A DNA stretch of 64,000 nucleotides from an uncultured Alphaproteobacteria bacterium (GCA_963797775.1 CAWCQV010000029.1:75964-139963); one strand, 5' to 3'; counted from the first letter of the stretch, positions 25,084 to 35,426 are shown. The notes: generated from the letters alone by a model not told the origin. Numbers and translations: made by a program.

Positions 25084-27465
25084 TCAATCAGGAAGATGTG
25101 TGGCACCCGCGCGATGCGATCGAACGGCCGCGACGATCTGGTGCGGATCGATCGGCGTTCGATCAAAGGCGGCGTTGAACGGGCGGAGCGCGTCGGCGAC
25201 GGCGTTGGCAATGGCGGCCGGCGGCGCAATCGGGCCGCCTTCGCCGACACCCTTGACACCGAACGGATTGAGCAGCGAAGGCGAATGCTGGTGGATCAGC
25301 GCGATGCGTGGAATGTCGGCGACCGACGGTACGAGATAATCCATCAGCGAAGCGGTCAGCGGCTGTCCCGCAGAATCGAAATGAATGGCCTCTAACAGCG
25401 CGCCGCCAATCCCTTGCGCGGCGCCGCCGACGATCTGGCCCTCAACCAGCATCGGATTGACCAGGACGCCGCAATCGTGCGCGATGGCGTAGTTCTCGAT
25501 CTTCACCCGCCCGACCTCGATGTCGACCGCCACGGTCAGCGCATGGACCGCATAGGACCAGGTGACGGTGGGAGGCTCGAAATAGTAGGTCTCCTCAAGC
25601 CCGGCATCGACGCCGGCGGGACGCCCGTGATCCCAGCCCGGGCGCGCCGCTTGCGCCACCTTCGCAAGCGACAGTTCGGCGCCCGGCACGCCGACAATGC
25701 CGACCGTGCCGCGGCGCAATTCAAGATCGGACGGCGCGCATTCCAGCATATTGGCGGCGATCGAGAATACTTTTGCCCGCAGCCGTTCGGTCGCGCCGTG
25801 AATCGCCGCCGACACCGTCACGGTGCTGCGGCTCGCGATGGTGCCGAAGCCGACGGCAATCGCCGCAGTATCGGCAAGCGAAATAACGACGTCATCGGGA
25901 TTGACCTGCCAGGCGTCGGCCACGACCTGCGAAAAGATCGTCTCCATACCCTGACCTTGCGGGCAGGCGCCGGACGTAACAAAAATCTTGCCGGTTGGCT
26001 CGATACGCACCAACGCGCTCTCGAACGGGCCGACGCCGGTGCCTTCCACATAACAGCCGATACCGAGGCCGAGGTAGCGCCCCTCTTGCCGCGCCGCGCG
26101 CTGGCGCTCGCGAAACGCCTTGAGCCCGCCGATCGCGGCCAGCGCCTTCTGCAGCGCCGCGGGATAGTCGCCGCCGTCATAGACGATCGGCTGGCCGTCG
26201 CGATAGGGCAGACCTGCCGCATAAGGCATATCGTCGCCGCGAACCATGTTGCGCAAGCGCACCTCGGCAGCCTCCAGCCCGAGCTCGGCGGCAACAAGGT
26301 CGATGGTACGCTCCATCGCGAAGGCCGCTTCCGGACGGCCAGCGCCGCGATACGGCGCATTGGGAACCTTGTTGGTGGCGGCGATGCTCCCGGAGATCGA
26401 CAGCGCATCGATCTTATAGGGCCCGGACAGATGCGCGGCGGTATTGTAGGCGATGCCGGCGCCGATCGGATTCCACGCCCCGCAATCGACGATGAAATTG
26501 TCGCGCAGCGCCAGGATGCGGCCGGTGTCGTCGAAACCAACCTCGACGTCATGGATCTGGTCGCGCGAATGACAGGCCGCGATCAGATGCTCGCGGCGGT
26601 CTTCGAGCCATTGTACCGGCCGGCTGAGATGACGCGCCAGGAAAGGAATCAGCAGGTCTTCCGGATAGACGTGCCCCTTGACTCCGAAACCGCCGCCAAC
26701 GTCGAGCGCGACGCAACGTACGCGCGCCTCGGGAAGTTTGAGCACCGCTGAAGCCTCGCGCCGCAGCCAATGCACGACCTGGGTGGACGACCAGATCGTC
26801 GTGGAGTTCGTGCGCGCATCGTGCATGCCGACCACGCCCCGGCATTCCATCGGCATCGCCGCGTAGCGATGATGATAAAAGCGCCGCTTGAACTTGCGCG
26901 GGGCGCGCGCCAGCGCGCCGTCGGCATCGCCCTTGCCGATGGTAAAGCGGCCGATCAGGTTCGTTGCAAATCGATCGTGAACGACCGGCGCGCCGGCGCC
27001 AAGCGACGCTTCCGGGTCGAGCACGGCCGGCAGCGATTCGAGATCGAGATCGACCAGCTCCGCCGCGTCTTCGGCCGCATAGCGATCCGCTGCGACGATG
27101 ACGGCCAAGGCCTCGCCGACATGGCGCACTTTGTCGTGAGCGAGCAGCGGCTGCTGCGGATTGATGAACTTGTGCTGCACCAATGTCGCCCACTTGCTCG
27201 GCAGCGCCAGCTGCGTGTCCGGGACGGGCGGCACGACTTTCACGAGTTCGGGACCGCTCAGAGCGTAGACGATGCCGCGGGCGGCGACGGCCCGCGACAA
27301 ATCGATCGACTTTATGCGCGCGTGCGCCAGCGGGCTTCTGACAAAGACCGCGTGCAGCATATGCGGCAGTTCGAGATCGGCGATGAATTGGCCGCGGCCG
27401 GTGAGGAGGCGGCGGTCTTCGCGCCGGGTGATCGAACGGCCAATAAAAGTGGTACGATCGTTCAT
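25084..27465 (-). CDS. Xanthine dehydrogenase/aldehyde oxidase/CoxL family molybdopterin-binding large subunit
   Basis: 793 aa. N-terminus MNDRTTFIGRSITRREDRRLLTGRGQFIADL is the typical family start. It also has ...APYRGAGRPEAAF... and ...GVKGVGEGGPIAPPAAIANAV... The start is set at ATG 27465. Confidence 0.9.
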   Translation of the reverse strand: MNDRTTFIGRSITRREDRRLLTGRGQFIADLELPHMLHAVFVRSPLAHARIKSIDLSRAVAARGIVYALSGPELVKVVPPVPDTQLALPSKWATLVQHKFINPQQPLLAHDKVRHVGEALAVIVAADRYAAEDAAELVDLDLESLPAVLDPEASLGAGAPVVHDRFATNLIGRFTIGKGDADGALARAPRKFKRRFYHHRYAAMPMECRGVVGMHDARTNSTTIWSSTQVVHWLRREASAVLKLPEARVRCVALDVGGGFGVKGHVYPEDLLIPFLARHLSRPVQWLEDRREHLIAACHSRDQIHDVEVGFDDTGRILALRDNFIVDCGAWNPIGAGIAYNTAAHLSGPYKIDALSISGSIAATNKVPNAPYRGAGRPEAAFAMERTIDLVAAELGLEAAEVRLRNMVRGDDMPYAAGLPYRDGQPIVYDGGDYPAALQKALAAIGGLKAFRERQRAARQEGRYLGLGIGCYVEGTGVGPFESALVRIEPTGKIFVTSGACPQGQGMETIFSQVVADAWQVNPDDVVISLADTAAIAVGFGTIASRSTVTVSAAIHGATERLRAKVFSIAANMLECAPSDLELRRGTVGIVGVPGAELSLAKVAQAARPGWDHGRPAGVDAGLEETYYFEPPTVTWSYAVHALTVAVDIEVGRVKIENYAIAHDCGVLVNPMLVEGQIVGGAAQGIGGALLEAIHFDSAGQPLTASLMDYLVPSVADIPRIALIHQHSPSLLNPFGVKGVGEGGPIAPPAAIANAVADALRPFNAAFDRTPIDPHQIVAAVRSHRAGATHLPD

Positions 27466-27485
27466 GTCAGTCGCGGTCAGTGTCG

Positions 27486-28796
27486 CTACTCTACCCCGGC
27501 CCGGCCGACCGCAACATAGCGGAACGCGGCGCGCTTCATTTCGTCGGCGCGATAGATATTGCGTAGATCGACGATCACCGCATGCCTCATGACGCGCTTG
27601 AGGCGAGCCAGATCGAGCGCGCGGAATTGCTCCCATTCGGTGGCGATAACCACGGCGTCAGCGCCATCGGCGGCGCTATAGGCGCTGTTGCAATATTGCA
27701 CGGCAGGCAGCAGCGGCTTGGCTTGCTCCATGCCGGCCGGATCATAACCGCGCACCGCGGCGCCGAGATCGTGCAGCGCGGTGATGAGCGCGATCGCCGG
27801 CGAATTGCGGGTGTCGTCGGTGTTGGGCTTGAAGGTCAGACCGAGGACGGCGATGGTTTTGCCGCGGAGCGATCCGCCGATCGCCGCGACGACCTTACGC
27901 GCCATGGCACGCTTGCGCTGCTCGTTGACAGCAGCCACAGTCTCGACGATGCGTAACGCCACGCCATAGTCCTGTGCGGTCTTTAGGAGTGCGCTGGTGT
28001 CTTTGGGAAAACACGAGCCGCCGAATCCGGGGCCGGGGTGCAAAAATTTCCCGCCGATGCGGTTGTCGAGACCCATGCCGCGCGCCACTTCCTGCACGTC
28101 GGCGCCGACCTTCTCGCAGAGGTCGGCGATTTCGTTGATAAAAGTGATCTTGGTGGCGAGGAAAGCGTTCGACGCGTATTTGATCAGCTCCGCCGTGCGC
28201 CGGCTGACATAGATGATCGGCGGCGCGTTCAGAAAAAGCGGCCGGTAGATTTCCGCAAGCACGGTACCGGCGCGCGTATCGTCGGTGCCGACCACGATTC
28301 GATCGGGATGCTTGAAATCCTGTATCGCGGCGCCCTCGCGCAGAAATTCGGGATTGGAAACCACCTGGATTTCGGCGTCGGGGCGCTTTTGGCGAAGGAT
28401 ATGCTCGATCTCGTCGCCGGTGCCGACTGGCACGGTGGATTTTGTGACGACGATTGCGGTGGCGGCGATCAGCGGCGCAATCTCGCGCACTGCGTCATAG
28501 ACGAAGGTCAAGTCGGCGTGGCCGTCGCCGCGGCGCGACGGCGTGCCGACCGCGATGAACACCGCTTCGGCCTCGCCGATGCGCGAAGTGTCGGCAGCGA
28601 ATTCGAGTCGACCCTGGCGCATATTGGCTTCGACCAAATCGGCGAGGCCGGGTTCGAAGATCGGAATCTCACCGCGATTGAGCGCGGCGATTTTGCCGGC
28701 ATCCTTGTCGATGCAGGCCACCTGATGACCGAAATCGGCAAAGCAGGCGCCGGACACAAGCCCGACATATCCGGCGCCAATCATGGTCACGCGCAT
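27486..28796 (-). CDS. ugd: UDP-glucose 6-dehydrogenase
   Basis: 436 aa. Contains MRVTMIGAGYVGLVSGACFADFGHQV...GGSCFPKD, with the catalytic Cys motif. Confidence 0.92.
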   Translation of the reverse strand: MRVTMIGAGYVGLVSGACFADFGHQVACIDKDAGKIAALNRGEIPIFEPGLADLVEANMRQGRLEFAADTSRIGEAEAVFIAVGTPSRRGDGHADLTFVYDAVREIAPLIAATAIVVTKSTVPVGTGDEIEHILRQKRPDAEIQVVSNPEFLREGAAIQDFKHPDRIVVGTDDTRAGTVLAEIYRPLFLNAPPIIYVSRRTAELIKYASNAFLATKITFINEIADLCEKVGADVQEVARGMGLDNRIGGKFLHPGPGFGGSCFPKDTSALLKTAQDYGVALRIVETVAAVNEQRKRAMARKVVAAIGGSLRGKTIAVLGLTFKPNTDDTRNSPAIALITALHDLGAAVRGYDPAGMEQAKPLLPAVQYCNSAYSAADGADAVVIATEWEQFRALDLARLKRVMRHAVIVDLRNIYRADEMKRAAFRYVAVGRAGVE

Positions 28797-28806
28797 GACG
28801 ATGGTC

Positions 28807-30390
28807 CTAGCTCAGCTGCGATTCCGCGGCCGGTGCAACATCCGCATTCCGCCGCAACAACGAAACCCAACGCCGTCCGAACAGGACGAGCACAAGCCCC
28901 CCATAGATCAAACCGCTGATCAACGCCAATAGCGCCAGTTCCAACTCGTTGCGGAACCTGGACCACGACGATAACAGCCGCGTGACGATGGGATCGGCGA
29001 CCAACAGAACAACCGCCAGCGCCGCGCCGGCGACGGCGAGCTTGGTCAGCGAAGCTTTCAGCTCCGCGTCGGGCGCGATGACGCGCGCGCGACGGGCGAA
29101 AAACAGCACCAGAATGAAATTGATCCAAGCGCCGATCGAGGTGGCGAGCGCCAGTCCAACCTGCGCCAGCGGCACCATCAGCACGACCTTGAATACGATG
29201 TTGATCGCGGTGCCGATCAATGCCGCCTTGACCGGCGTCGCGGTGTCACCGCGCGCCAGAAACGGCGCCACCACGCTGCGGATGAGGACGAAGGGGACAA
29301 GCCCGATCGTATAGGCCATCAGCGTTATCGCCGCGGCATGCGCGTCGGCGGCGTTGAACGCGCCTCGCATGAACAAGGCCCGCATGATCAGTCCGGGCAC
29401 CGCAAGAAAGGCGACGACGCACGGAAGCGCGAGCAACAGCGCAAATTCAATGGCGCGGTTTTGCGCCGAGTGCGCGCCCGCCTCGTCGCCGGCGGCGAGC
29501 CGATGCGTCATTTCCGGCACCAGCACGGTGCCGACGGCAATGCCGATCACGCCGATTGGAAGTTGGTCGATGCGGTCGGCGTAATACAGCGCCGAGATCG
29601 CGCCTGCCGACAAAAAGCTGGCGATGATGGTATCGGCGAACAGCGCAAGCTGCGTGCCAGCCGAGCCGATGGTCGCCGGCAGCAGCGCCTTGAAGAAGCG
29701 CCGAACGTCCGCATCCAAGCGCAGCGCGCGAAAAAACGTCATGACGCCGGCATAGAAGGTATCGCCGCCGACCAGCACGGCTTGCAGGAAGCCCGATATC
29801 AGCACGCCCCACGCCGCGGCATAGCCGGCACCGGGAAAAAAGGCGGTGCCGGCGAGCGTCGCCATCATCATCAGGTTGAGCAGGATCGGCGCCGCGGCGG
29901 GCGTTGCGAAGCGGTGCAGCGCGTTGAGGATGCCGCCCCACAGCGTCACCAGCGTGATGAGGAGAAGGTATGGAAATGTGATCCGCGTCAGCGAAACCGC
30001 GAGCGCGAATTGGTGCGGCTCGCGCGAAAAGCCGGGCGCCAGCACTTCGATCACTTGCGGGGTGAAGATCAGCGCCAACGCCAGGAGCGCCACTTGCGAC
30101 GCGACAAGCAGCGTGAAGATGCGATCGCCGAACTCGCTCGCCGCCTCCTCGCCGCCCTGGGTGCGAATGCGGGCATAGGCAGGAATGAAGGCGGCGTTGA
30201 AAGCGCCTTCGGCAAAGATGGCGCGAAAATGGTTCGGCAGCCGGAAGGCGACGAAGAAGGCGTCGGCGGCCGGCCCGGCGCCGAGAATGGCGGCGAGCAT
30301 GATGTCGCGCATAAAGCCGGTCACACGCGACAGAAGTGTATAGCCGCCGACGGTGAGAATCTTTTTGATCATTGCCGGTTTAGTTACCAT
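28807..30390 (-). CDS. murJ: Lipid II flippase MurJ (MviN)
   Basis: 527 aa. Contains ...LSRVTGFMRDIMLAAILGAGPAADAFFVAFRLPNHFRAIFAEGAFNAAFIP and is polytopic. The start could instead be MIKKIL at 30372. Confidence 0.88.
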   Translation of the reverse strand: MVTKPAMIKKILTVGGYTLLSRVTGFMRDIMLAAILGAGPAADAFFVAFRLPNHFRAIFAEGAFNAAFIPAYARIRTQGGEEAASEFGDRIFTLLVASQVALLALALIFTPQVIEVLAPGFSREPHQFALAVSLTRITFPYLLLITLVTLWGGILNALHRFATPAAAPILLNLMMMATLAGTAFFPGAGYAAAWGVLISGFLQAVLVGGDTFYAGVMTFFRALRLDADVRRFFKALLPATIGSAGTQLALFADTIIASFLSAGAISALYYADRIDQLPIGVIGIAVGTVLVPEMTHRLAAGDEAGAHSAQNRAIEFALLLALPCVVAFLAVPGLIMRALFMRGAFNAADAHAAAITLMAYTIGLVPFVLIRSVVAPFLARGDTATPVKAALIGTAINIVFKVVLMVPLAQVGLALATSIGAWINFILVLFFARRARVIAPDAELKASLTKLAVAGAALAVVLLVADPIVTRLLSSWSRFRNELELALLALISGLIYGGLVLVLFGRRWVSLLRRNADVAPAAESQLS

Positions 30391-30394
30391 GATC

Positions 30395-30475
30395 CGCTTG
30401 TCCCCGCGAAAGCGGGGATCCAGCAGAAACCAAAACGCGGTGCATGTGGATTCCCACTCACGCGGGAGGGAGCGG
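30395..30475. repeat. Intergenic hairpin repeat, same family as 12345-12410
   Basis: Hairpin tccccgc-gaaa-gcgggga (30401-30418) followed by TCCAGC, then an imperfect second hairpin ttcccactcacgcgggag. Confidence 0.7.
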
Positions 30476-30483
30476 AAGAAGCA

Positions 30484-31638
30484 TCACCCCGCGAGCGCCC
30501 GCCGCACCGCCGCGATGATGCGGTCTTGCACCGGCCGCTCGAGATAAGCGTGCATCGGCAGACTGATTACTTCCTCCGCCAGTTGCTCGCTCGCCGGCAA
30601 GCCGCCGTCGACAATCGGGAAGTCGCGATAGGCCGCCTGGCGGTGCAGCGGCTTGGCATAGTAGATCGCTGTCGGAATGCCCTGGGTCTTGAGCGCGGCG
30701 GCGAGCGGATCGCGCCGGCCCGGCTGAAGCCGGAGCGTGTACTGCGCCCACACCGAGGTCGACTGGTTACCTGTCCGCGGCACGATTGCGACGTCAGCCA
30801 GCGCCGACGCATAACGCGCCGCCACCGCCTCGCGCCTCGCGATTTCCTCCGGAAAGATTTTCAGCTTTTCAAGCAGGATTGCCGCCTGGATGGTGTCGAG
30901 CCGGCCGGTGATGCCGATCCGCACCGTGTCATATTTGTCGATGCCTTCGCCGTGCACACGCAAGCTTTTGACGCTCGCCGCGAGATCGTCGTCGTCGGTA
31001 AAGATGGCGCCGCCGTCGCCATAGCAGCCAAGCGGTTTGGCCGGGAAAAAACTCGTCGCCGCCGCCGTCGTCAGCGCGCCGAGTCTCCTGCCCTGATAGG
31101 TCGCGCCGAAGGCCTGCGCGGCGTCGTCGAGCACCAGGAGGCCGCGCGCGGCGGCGAGTGCGTTGATGGCGTCATGATCGGCAGGCAGGCCGAACAGGTC
31201 GACCGGAATGACCGCGCGCGGTTTTAATCCCAACTTCTTCGCCGTGGCGACCGCGCGCTCGCAACTCGCCGGGTCGAGATTGAACGTCTCCGGCAGCACG
31301 TCGGCCATCACCGGCGTGGCGCCAAGCAGCGCCACCACCTCGGCGGTGGCGCAGAACGTGAACGCCGGGCAGATCACGGCGTCACCCGGTCCGATCTGCC
31401 ACGCCATCAGCACAAGCAGCAGCGCATCGGTGCCGCTCGAACAGGCAATGACATGCCGGACCCCGGCGAACGCGGCAAGTTCGGCTTCGAGCGCGCGGAC
31501 TTCGGGGCCCTGAATGAACTGACAATGCGCAATCACGCGCGCCACTGCGTCGTCGACCGCGCGGCCGAGACGGCGACGCTGGGCCGCGACGTCGATGAAG
31601 GGGATAGGCTTCTCGTCCACGCGCGTGTGTTGATTCAT
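30484..31638 (-). CDS. DegT/DnrJ/EryC1/StrS family PLP-dependent sugar aminotransferase (WbpE-like)
   Basis: Contains ...IPFIDVAAQRRRLGRAVDDAVARVIAHCQFIQGPEVRALEAELAAFAGVRHVIACSSGTDALLL... The start is set at MNQHTR (31638). Confidence 0.88.
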   Translation of the reverse strand: MNQHTRVDEKPIPFIDVAAQRRRLGRAVDDAVARVIAHCQFIQGPEVRALEAELAAFAGVRHVIACSSGTDALLLVLMAWQIGPGDAVICPAFTFCATAEVVALLGATPVMADVLPETFNLDPASCERAVATAKKLGLKPRAVIPVDLFGLPADHDAINALAAARGLLVLDDAAQAFGATYQGRRLGALTTAAATSFFPAKPLGCYGDGGAIFTDDDDLAASVKSLRVHGEGIDKYDTVRIGITGRLDTIQAAILLEKLKIFPEEIARREAVAARYASALADVAIVPRTGNQSTSVWAQYTLRLQPGRRDPLAAALKTQGIPTAIYYAKPLHRQAAYRDFPIVDGGLPASEQLAEEVISLPMHAYLERPVQDRIIAAVRRALAG

Positions 31639-31684
31639 GATCGGTTTTGCGTTGCCTTTATGCTGATCCCGGCAAAGTCGAATA

Positions 31685-32683
31685 TTAGCCGGCGACGCGC
31701 CGCGCAACTTTGCGCTGCGGCGCAGCCGATTGCGCCGACCGCGCGTCAAGGCAGCGGATGGCGATTTCCAGGCTGGCGACGGCCTCGTCGCCGGTGACCG
31801 CGGCAGACTGGCCGCTGCGGATAGCCTTGACGAAAGCGACAAGCTCCGAACGCAACGGCTCGGCGTAGCCGACCGACAAATGCCGCATCGAATAGCTGCC
31901 GTCCGGCTGAAAGCCGAAACATTCGGTGACTTGCAGCGTGAGCAGGTCGCCGATGAGATATTTGTCGCGCGTGGCGATGTGGATGGTGCGCGCCTTAAAC
32001 GGCGTCAACCAGTTGGTGTTGATGTGCGCGAGCACGCCGGACGCGGTGCGGAACTGCAGCAGCGCGATGTCCTCGCGCTCGGCGACGGCGCTCGATGTTT
32101 GCGGCTGGATCTCGACGATTTCCGATTCGGTGAACCAGCGGATGAGATCGATGTCGTGCACGGCAAGATCGATGACGACACCGACATTGGACATGCGCGG
32201 CGGGAACGGCCCGACCCGCGTAATGGCAATCGACAGGATGTCCTGATCCTTGATCGCTCGCTTGATCGATTCGACCGCGGGATTGAAGCGCTCGACGTGG
32301 CCGACCATCAGCGTGACGCCCGCGCGCCTGGCCGCCGCCACGATGGCGCGCCCTTCTTCGACCGTCGATGCGATCGGCTTCTCGACCATCACATGCAGGC
32401 CGCGCGCGGCGGCTTCGGTGGCGATGTCGCGGTGCAGGTGCGTGGGCGCCGCAATGGTGACGGCGTCGACGCCGTTGCGCATCAGCGCGTCGGCATCGTC
32501 AAATGCCGCGCAACCCAGATTACGGGCGACGGTTTCGCGGCGGTTGCGATCGGGGTCCGCGACGCCGGCCAGTCTCACGCCCGGCAATTCGGACAGCACG
32601 CGGGCATGATTGCTGCCCATGACCCCCACGCCGATGACGCCGATACGCAGTGCATCCGCGCCAACTTTCTCGGCATCACTCAT
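31685..32683 (-). CDS. Gfo/Idh/MocA family oxidoreductase (WbpB-like sugar-nucleotide dehydrogenase)
   Basis: 332 aa. Rossmann motif LRIGVIGVGVMGSNHARVL. It is paired with the DegT aminotransferase, as in UDP-sugar 3-oxidation/transamination modules. Confidence 0.8.
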   Translation of the reverse strand: MSDAEKVGADALRIGVIGVGVMGSNHARVLSELPGVRLAGVADPDRNRRETVARNLGCAAFDDADALMRNGVDAVTIAAPTHLHRDIATEAAARGLHVMVEKPIASTVEEGRAIVAAARRAGVTLMVGHVERFNPAVESIKRAIKDQDILSIAITRVGPFPPRMSNVGVVIDLAVHDIDLIRWFTESEIVEIQPQTSSAVAEREDIALLQFRTASGVLAHINTNWLTPFKARTIHIATRDKYLIGDLLTLQVTECFGFQPDGSYSMRHLSVGYAEPLRSELVAFVKAIRSGQSAAVTGDEAVASLEIAIRCLDARSAQSAAPQRKVARRVAG

Positions 32684-32912
32684 GACGCAAAGAGCCCCCT
32701 TCTACCCCGGAGCCGACCCCACGGTTTTCCCGTAGCACGCTCTGCGCCAACTGGCGACCGGGGATAAGGGGAAATTCGTACACGAATTGATTCAGAGACT
32801 TACGCCCCGATACCCTGCAACATGGCGTGGCTCCAATACAATAACATTTTCAAATATTTAATTGGAGAAATAAAGATAAAACCGGCGTGTCAAGGGCAAA
32901 TCGAGTGGCGAC

Positions 32913-34367
32913 TTAAGACCGGCGATAATCGTCCTCGATGCGGACGATGTCGTCCTCGCCGAGATAGCTGCCGGTCTGCACTTCGATCAATTCGAGATCG
33001 ATCTTGCCGGGATTTTCCAGGCGATGCTTGGCGCCGCTCGGAATATAGGTCGATTCATTTTCATGCAGGATCTTGGTCTCGTCGCCGATCGTCACCCGCG
33101 CGGTGCCGCGCACCACGACCCAGTGCTCGGCGCGATGGTGGTGCAGCTGCAGGGAGAGCCGCCCGCCCTGCTTCACCACGATGCGCTTGACTTGAAAGCG
33201 CGGACCTTGATCGATCGACTGATAAGAGCCCCAGGGCCGGTGCACTTTCAAATGTTCCACTGTCACCGCTGGCGCCACTTCTTTGAGCTTTTGCACCAGA
33301 CGCCGCAAGCCGTCGCCATCCTCACGCTTTGCCACCAGTACGGCATCGTCGGTCGTGACCACGACCAGATTTTCGACGCCGAACAGCGCCACAAGCTGCT
33401 TGTCGCTCGTGACATAGGAGCCGCGTGAATCGACGAAGACGACGGAGCCCGAACCGGAACCATGCCCGCTGTTGCCGAGCGCGTCGCGTTCGGACAGTTC
33501 CCACACTGCCTGCCACGAGCCGACATCCGACCAGCCGTAGGAGACCGGCATCACGGCGGCGCGGGTGGTGCGCTCCATGACCGCATAGTCGATCGATTTC
33601 GCCGCGGCGCGCGCGAACGATTGCTCATCGAGCGTGACGAAGCCGAGATCGTTACCGGCATTTTGCAGCGAAGAGATCACCGCAGCGGCGCTGTCCGGCT
33701 CGAAGCTGTTATACTCGTCGAGCAGCAGGCCGGCGCGGAACATGAAGTTGCCGGAGTTCCACAAATAACCCTCTTTGACGTAGCGCTCGGCGGTCTTGGC
33801 GTCGGGCTTCTCGACGAACTTGTCGATGGCAAAAATATCGGGTCCGATCGAGGCGCCGGCGCGAATATAACCGTATTCGACCGCCGGCCGCGTCGGCCGC
33901 ACGCCGAATGTCACGATGCGGTCGGCAGCGGCGGCATCCGCCGCAAGGCCGCAGACATTGGCGAAGGCAGCGGGATCGGTGACGACGTGATCGGCAGCCA
34001 AGGCCACGATGACGGGATCGCCGTCCCGCTTGACCGCAAAACCCGCGCCCACCGCGATCGCCGGGCCGGAATCGCGCCGCGTCGGCTCCAGTATGATATC
34101 GGCTTGCGCGCCGATCGCAGCGAGCTGCTCGCTGACCAGAAACCGATATTGATTGTTGGTAACGACGATCGGCCGGCCAAACAGGGCCGGATCGGAGACC
34201 CGGCGAATGGTCTCCTGGAAGGTCGAATGCGGTCCGAACAGCGGCAAGAACTGCTTAGGCCGGCCCTCGCGCGATGCCGGCCACAGCCGCGTGCCGGCGC
34301 CGCCGCACATGATCAAAGGGACGATCGATTGAGCCAAGTTGTACCCGCGATTGATTGCGGCTGACAC
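32913..34367 (-). CDS. manC: Bifunctional mannose-1-phosphate guanylyltransferase / mannose-6-phosphate isomerase (type II PMI)
   Basis: 484 aa. N-terminal motif LIMCGGAGTRLWPASRE. C-terminal cupin RPWGSYQSID...LSLQLHHHRAEHWVVVRGTA. Confidence 0.9.
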   Translation of the reverse strand: MSAAINRGYNLAQSIVPLIMCGGAGTRLWPASREGRPKQFLPLFGPHSTFQETIRRVSDPALFGRPIVVTNNQYRFLVSEQLAAIGAQADIILEPTRRDSGPAIAVGAGFAVKRDGDPVIVALAADHVVTDPAAFANVCGLAADAAAADRIVTFGVRPTRPAVEYGYIRAGASIGPDIFAIDKFVEKPDAKTAERYVKEGYLWNSGNFMFRAGLLLDEYNSFEPDSAAAVISSLQNAGNDLGFVTLDEQSFARAAAKSIDYAVMERTTRAAVMPVSYGWSDVGSWQAVWELSERDALGNSGHGSGSGSVVFVDSRGSYVTSDKQLVALFGVENLVVVTTDDAVLVAKREDGDGLRRLVQKLKEVAPAVTVEHLKVHRPWGSYQSIDQGPRFQVKRIVVKQGGRLSLQLHHHRAEHWVVVRGTARVTIGDETKILHENESTYIPSGAKHRLENPGKIDLELIEVQTGSYLGEDDIVRIEDDYRRS

Positions 34368-34478
34368 TGCCCCGTCAGAGGGCCGCGAGTGTGCCGCATT
34401 TCAGTTAAGAAACTTTACGCGATTCCCTCCCGGCCCATAGTCGAAAACATTCAAAGACCGGGCATCGCGCTTGTGGCT

Positions 34479-35357
34479 TTATTTTTTGCGCAGCACGCGG
34501 CCAGCAACCGCGTCGAGCTTCTTGAGAAGCTTCGGATCGCGTGCATTCGGCGCGGTAATGAGCGCATTGTCGAGCGCGCGATCGGAGCCGATCGGGCACG
34601 GTTCGTGCTGGCGCGGAAAATCCCTGGCGAGCCGCGCCACCAGCCGAGCGGCCTTCTCGGCGTTGGCTATCAAGACCTTGACGATGTCCTGCACGGTGAC
34701 GGCATCGTGGTCGGGATGCCAGCAATCGAAATCCGTCACCATGGCGACGGTCGCGTAGCAAATTTCCGCCTCGCGCGCGAGCTTGGCTTCCGGCATGTTG
34801 GTCATACCGATCACGGAATAGCCGAGGTTCTTGTAGGTGAGGCTTTCGGCGAGGGTCGAAAATTGCGGACCCTCGATGCAGACGTAGGTGCCGTCGCGCA
34901 CCACGTCGAGGTCTTCGGCCATCGCAGCTTCCCCAAGGTGGATGCGCAATCGCGGCGATACCGGATGCGCCATCGAAACGTGGGCGACACAGCCCTTGCC
35001 GAAAAACGAACTCTCGCGCTTGAAGGTGCGGTCGACGAACTGATCGATTAGCACGAAGGTTCCGGGCGGCAGGCTCTCCTTGAACGAACCGCAGGCCGAC
35101 AGCGAGACGAGATCGGTGACGCCGGCGCGTTTCAGCGTATCGATATTGGCGCGGTAGTTGATGTCGGACGGCGAAAGGCGATGGCCCGGGCTATGCCGGG
35201 ACAGGAAAACGACCGGAAAGCCGGCGATTTCTCCGACGCGCAGCGGTCCCGACGGCGCCCCCCATGGGCTCTTGAAGGTCTTCGAGCGCACCTTTTCCAG
35301 GCCGGGAAGATCGTACATACCCGAGCCGCCGATGATGCCCAGCACCGCCTTGGTCAT
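34479..35357 (-). CDS. mtaP: S-methyl-5-thioadenosine phosphorylase
   Basis: 292 aa. Contains LGIIGGSGMYDLPGLE...VVFLSRHSPGHRLSPSDINYRANIDTLKRAGVTDLVSLSACGS. Confidence 0.88.
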   Translation of the reverse strand: MTKAVLGIIGGSGMYDLPGLEKVRSKTFKSPWGAPSGPLRVGEIAGFPVVFLSRHSPGHRLSPSDINYRANIDTLKRAGVTDLVSLSACGSFKESLPPGTFVLIDQFVDRTFKRESSFFGKGCVAHVSMAHPVSPRLRIHLGEAAMAEDLDVVRDGTYVCIEGPQFSTLAESLTYKNLGYSVIGMTNMPEAKLAREAEICYATVAMVTDFDCWHPDHDAVTVQDIVKVLIANAEKAARLVARLARDFPRQHEPCPIGSDRALDNALITAPNARDPKLLKKLDAVAGRVLRKK

Positions 35358-35426
35358 AACAAATCATTCTCTTCGAATGGCAATTAGAGGCCGTGCTGTC
35401 AGGTTTGCCCGGGTGGATCGTAAATA

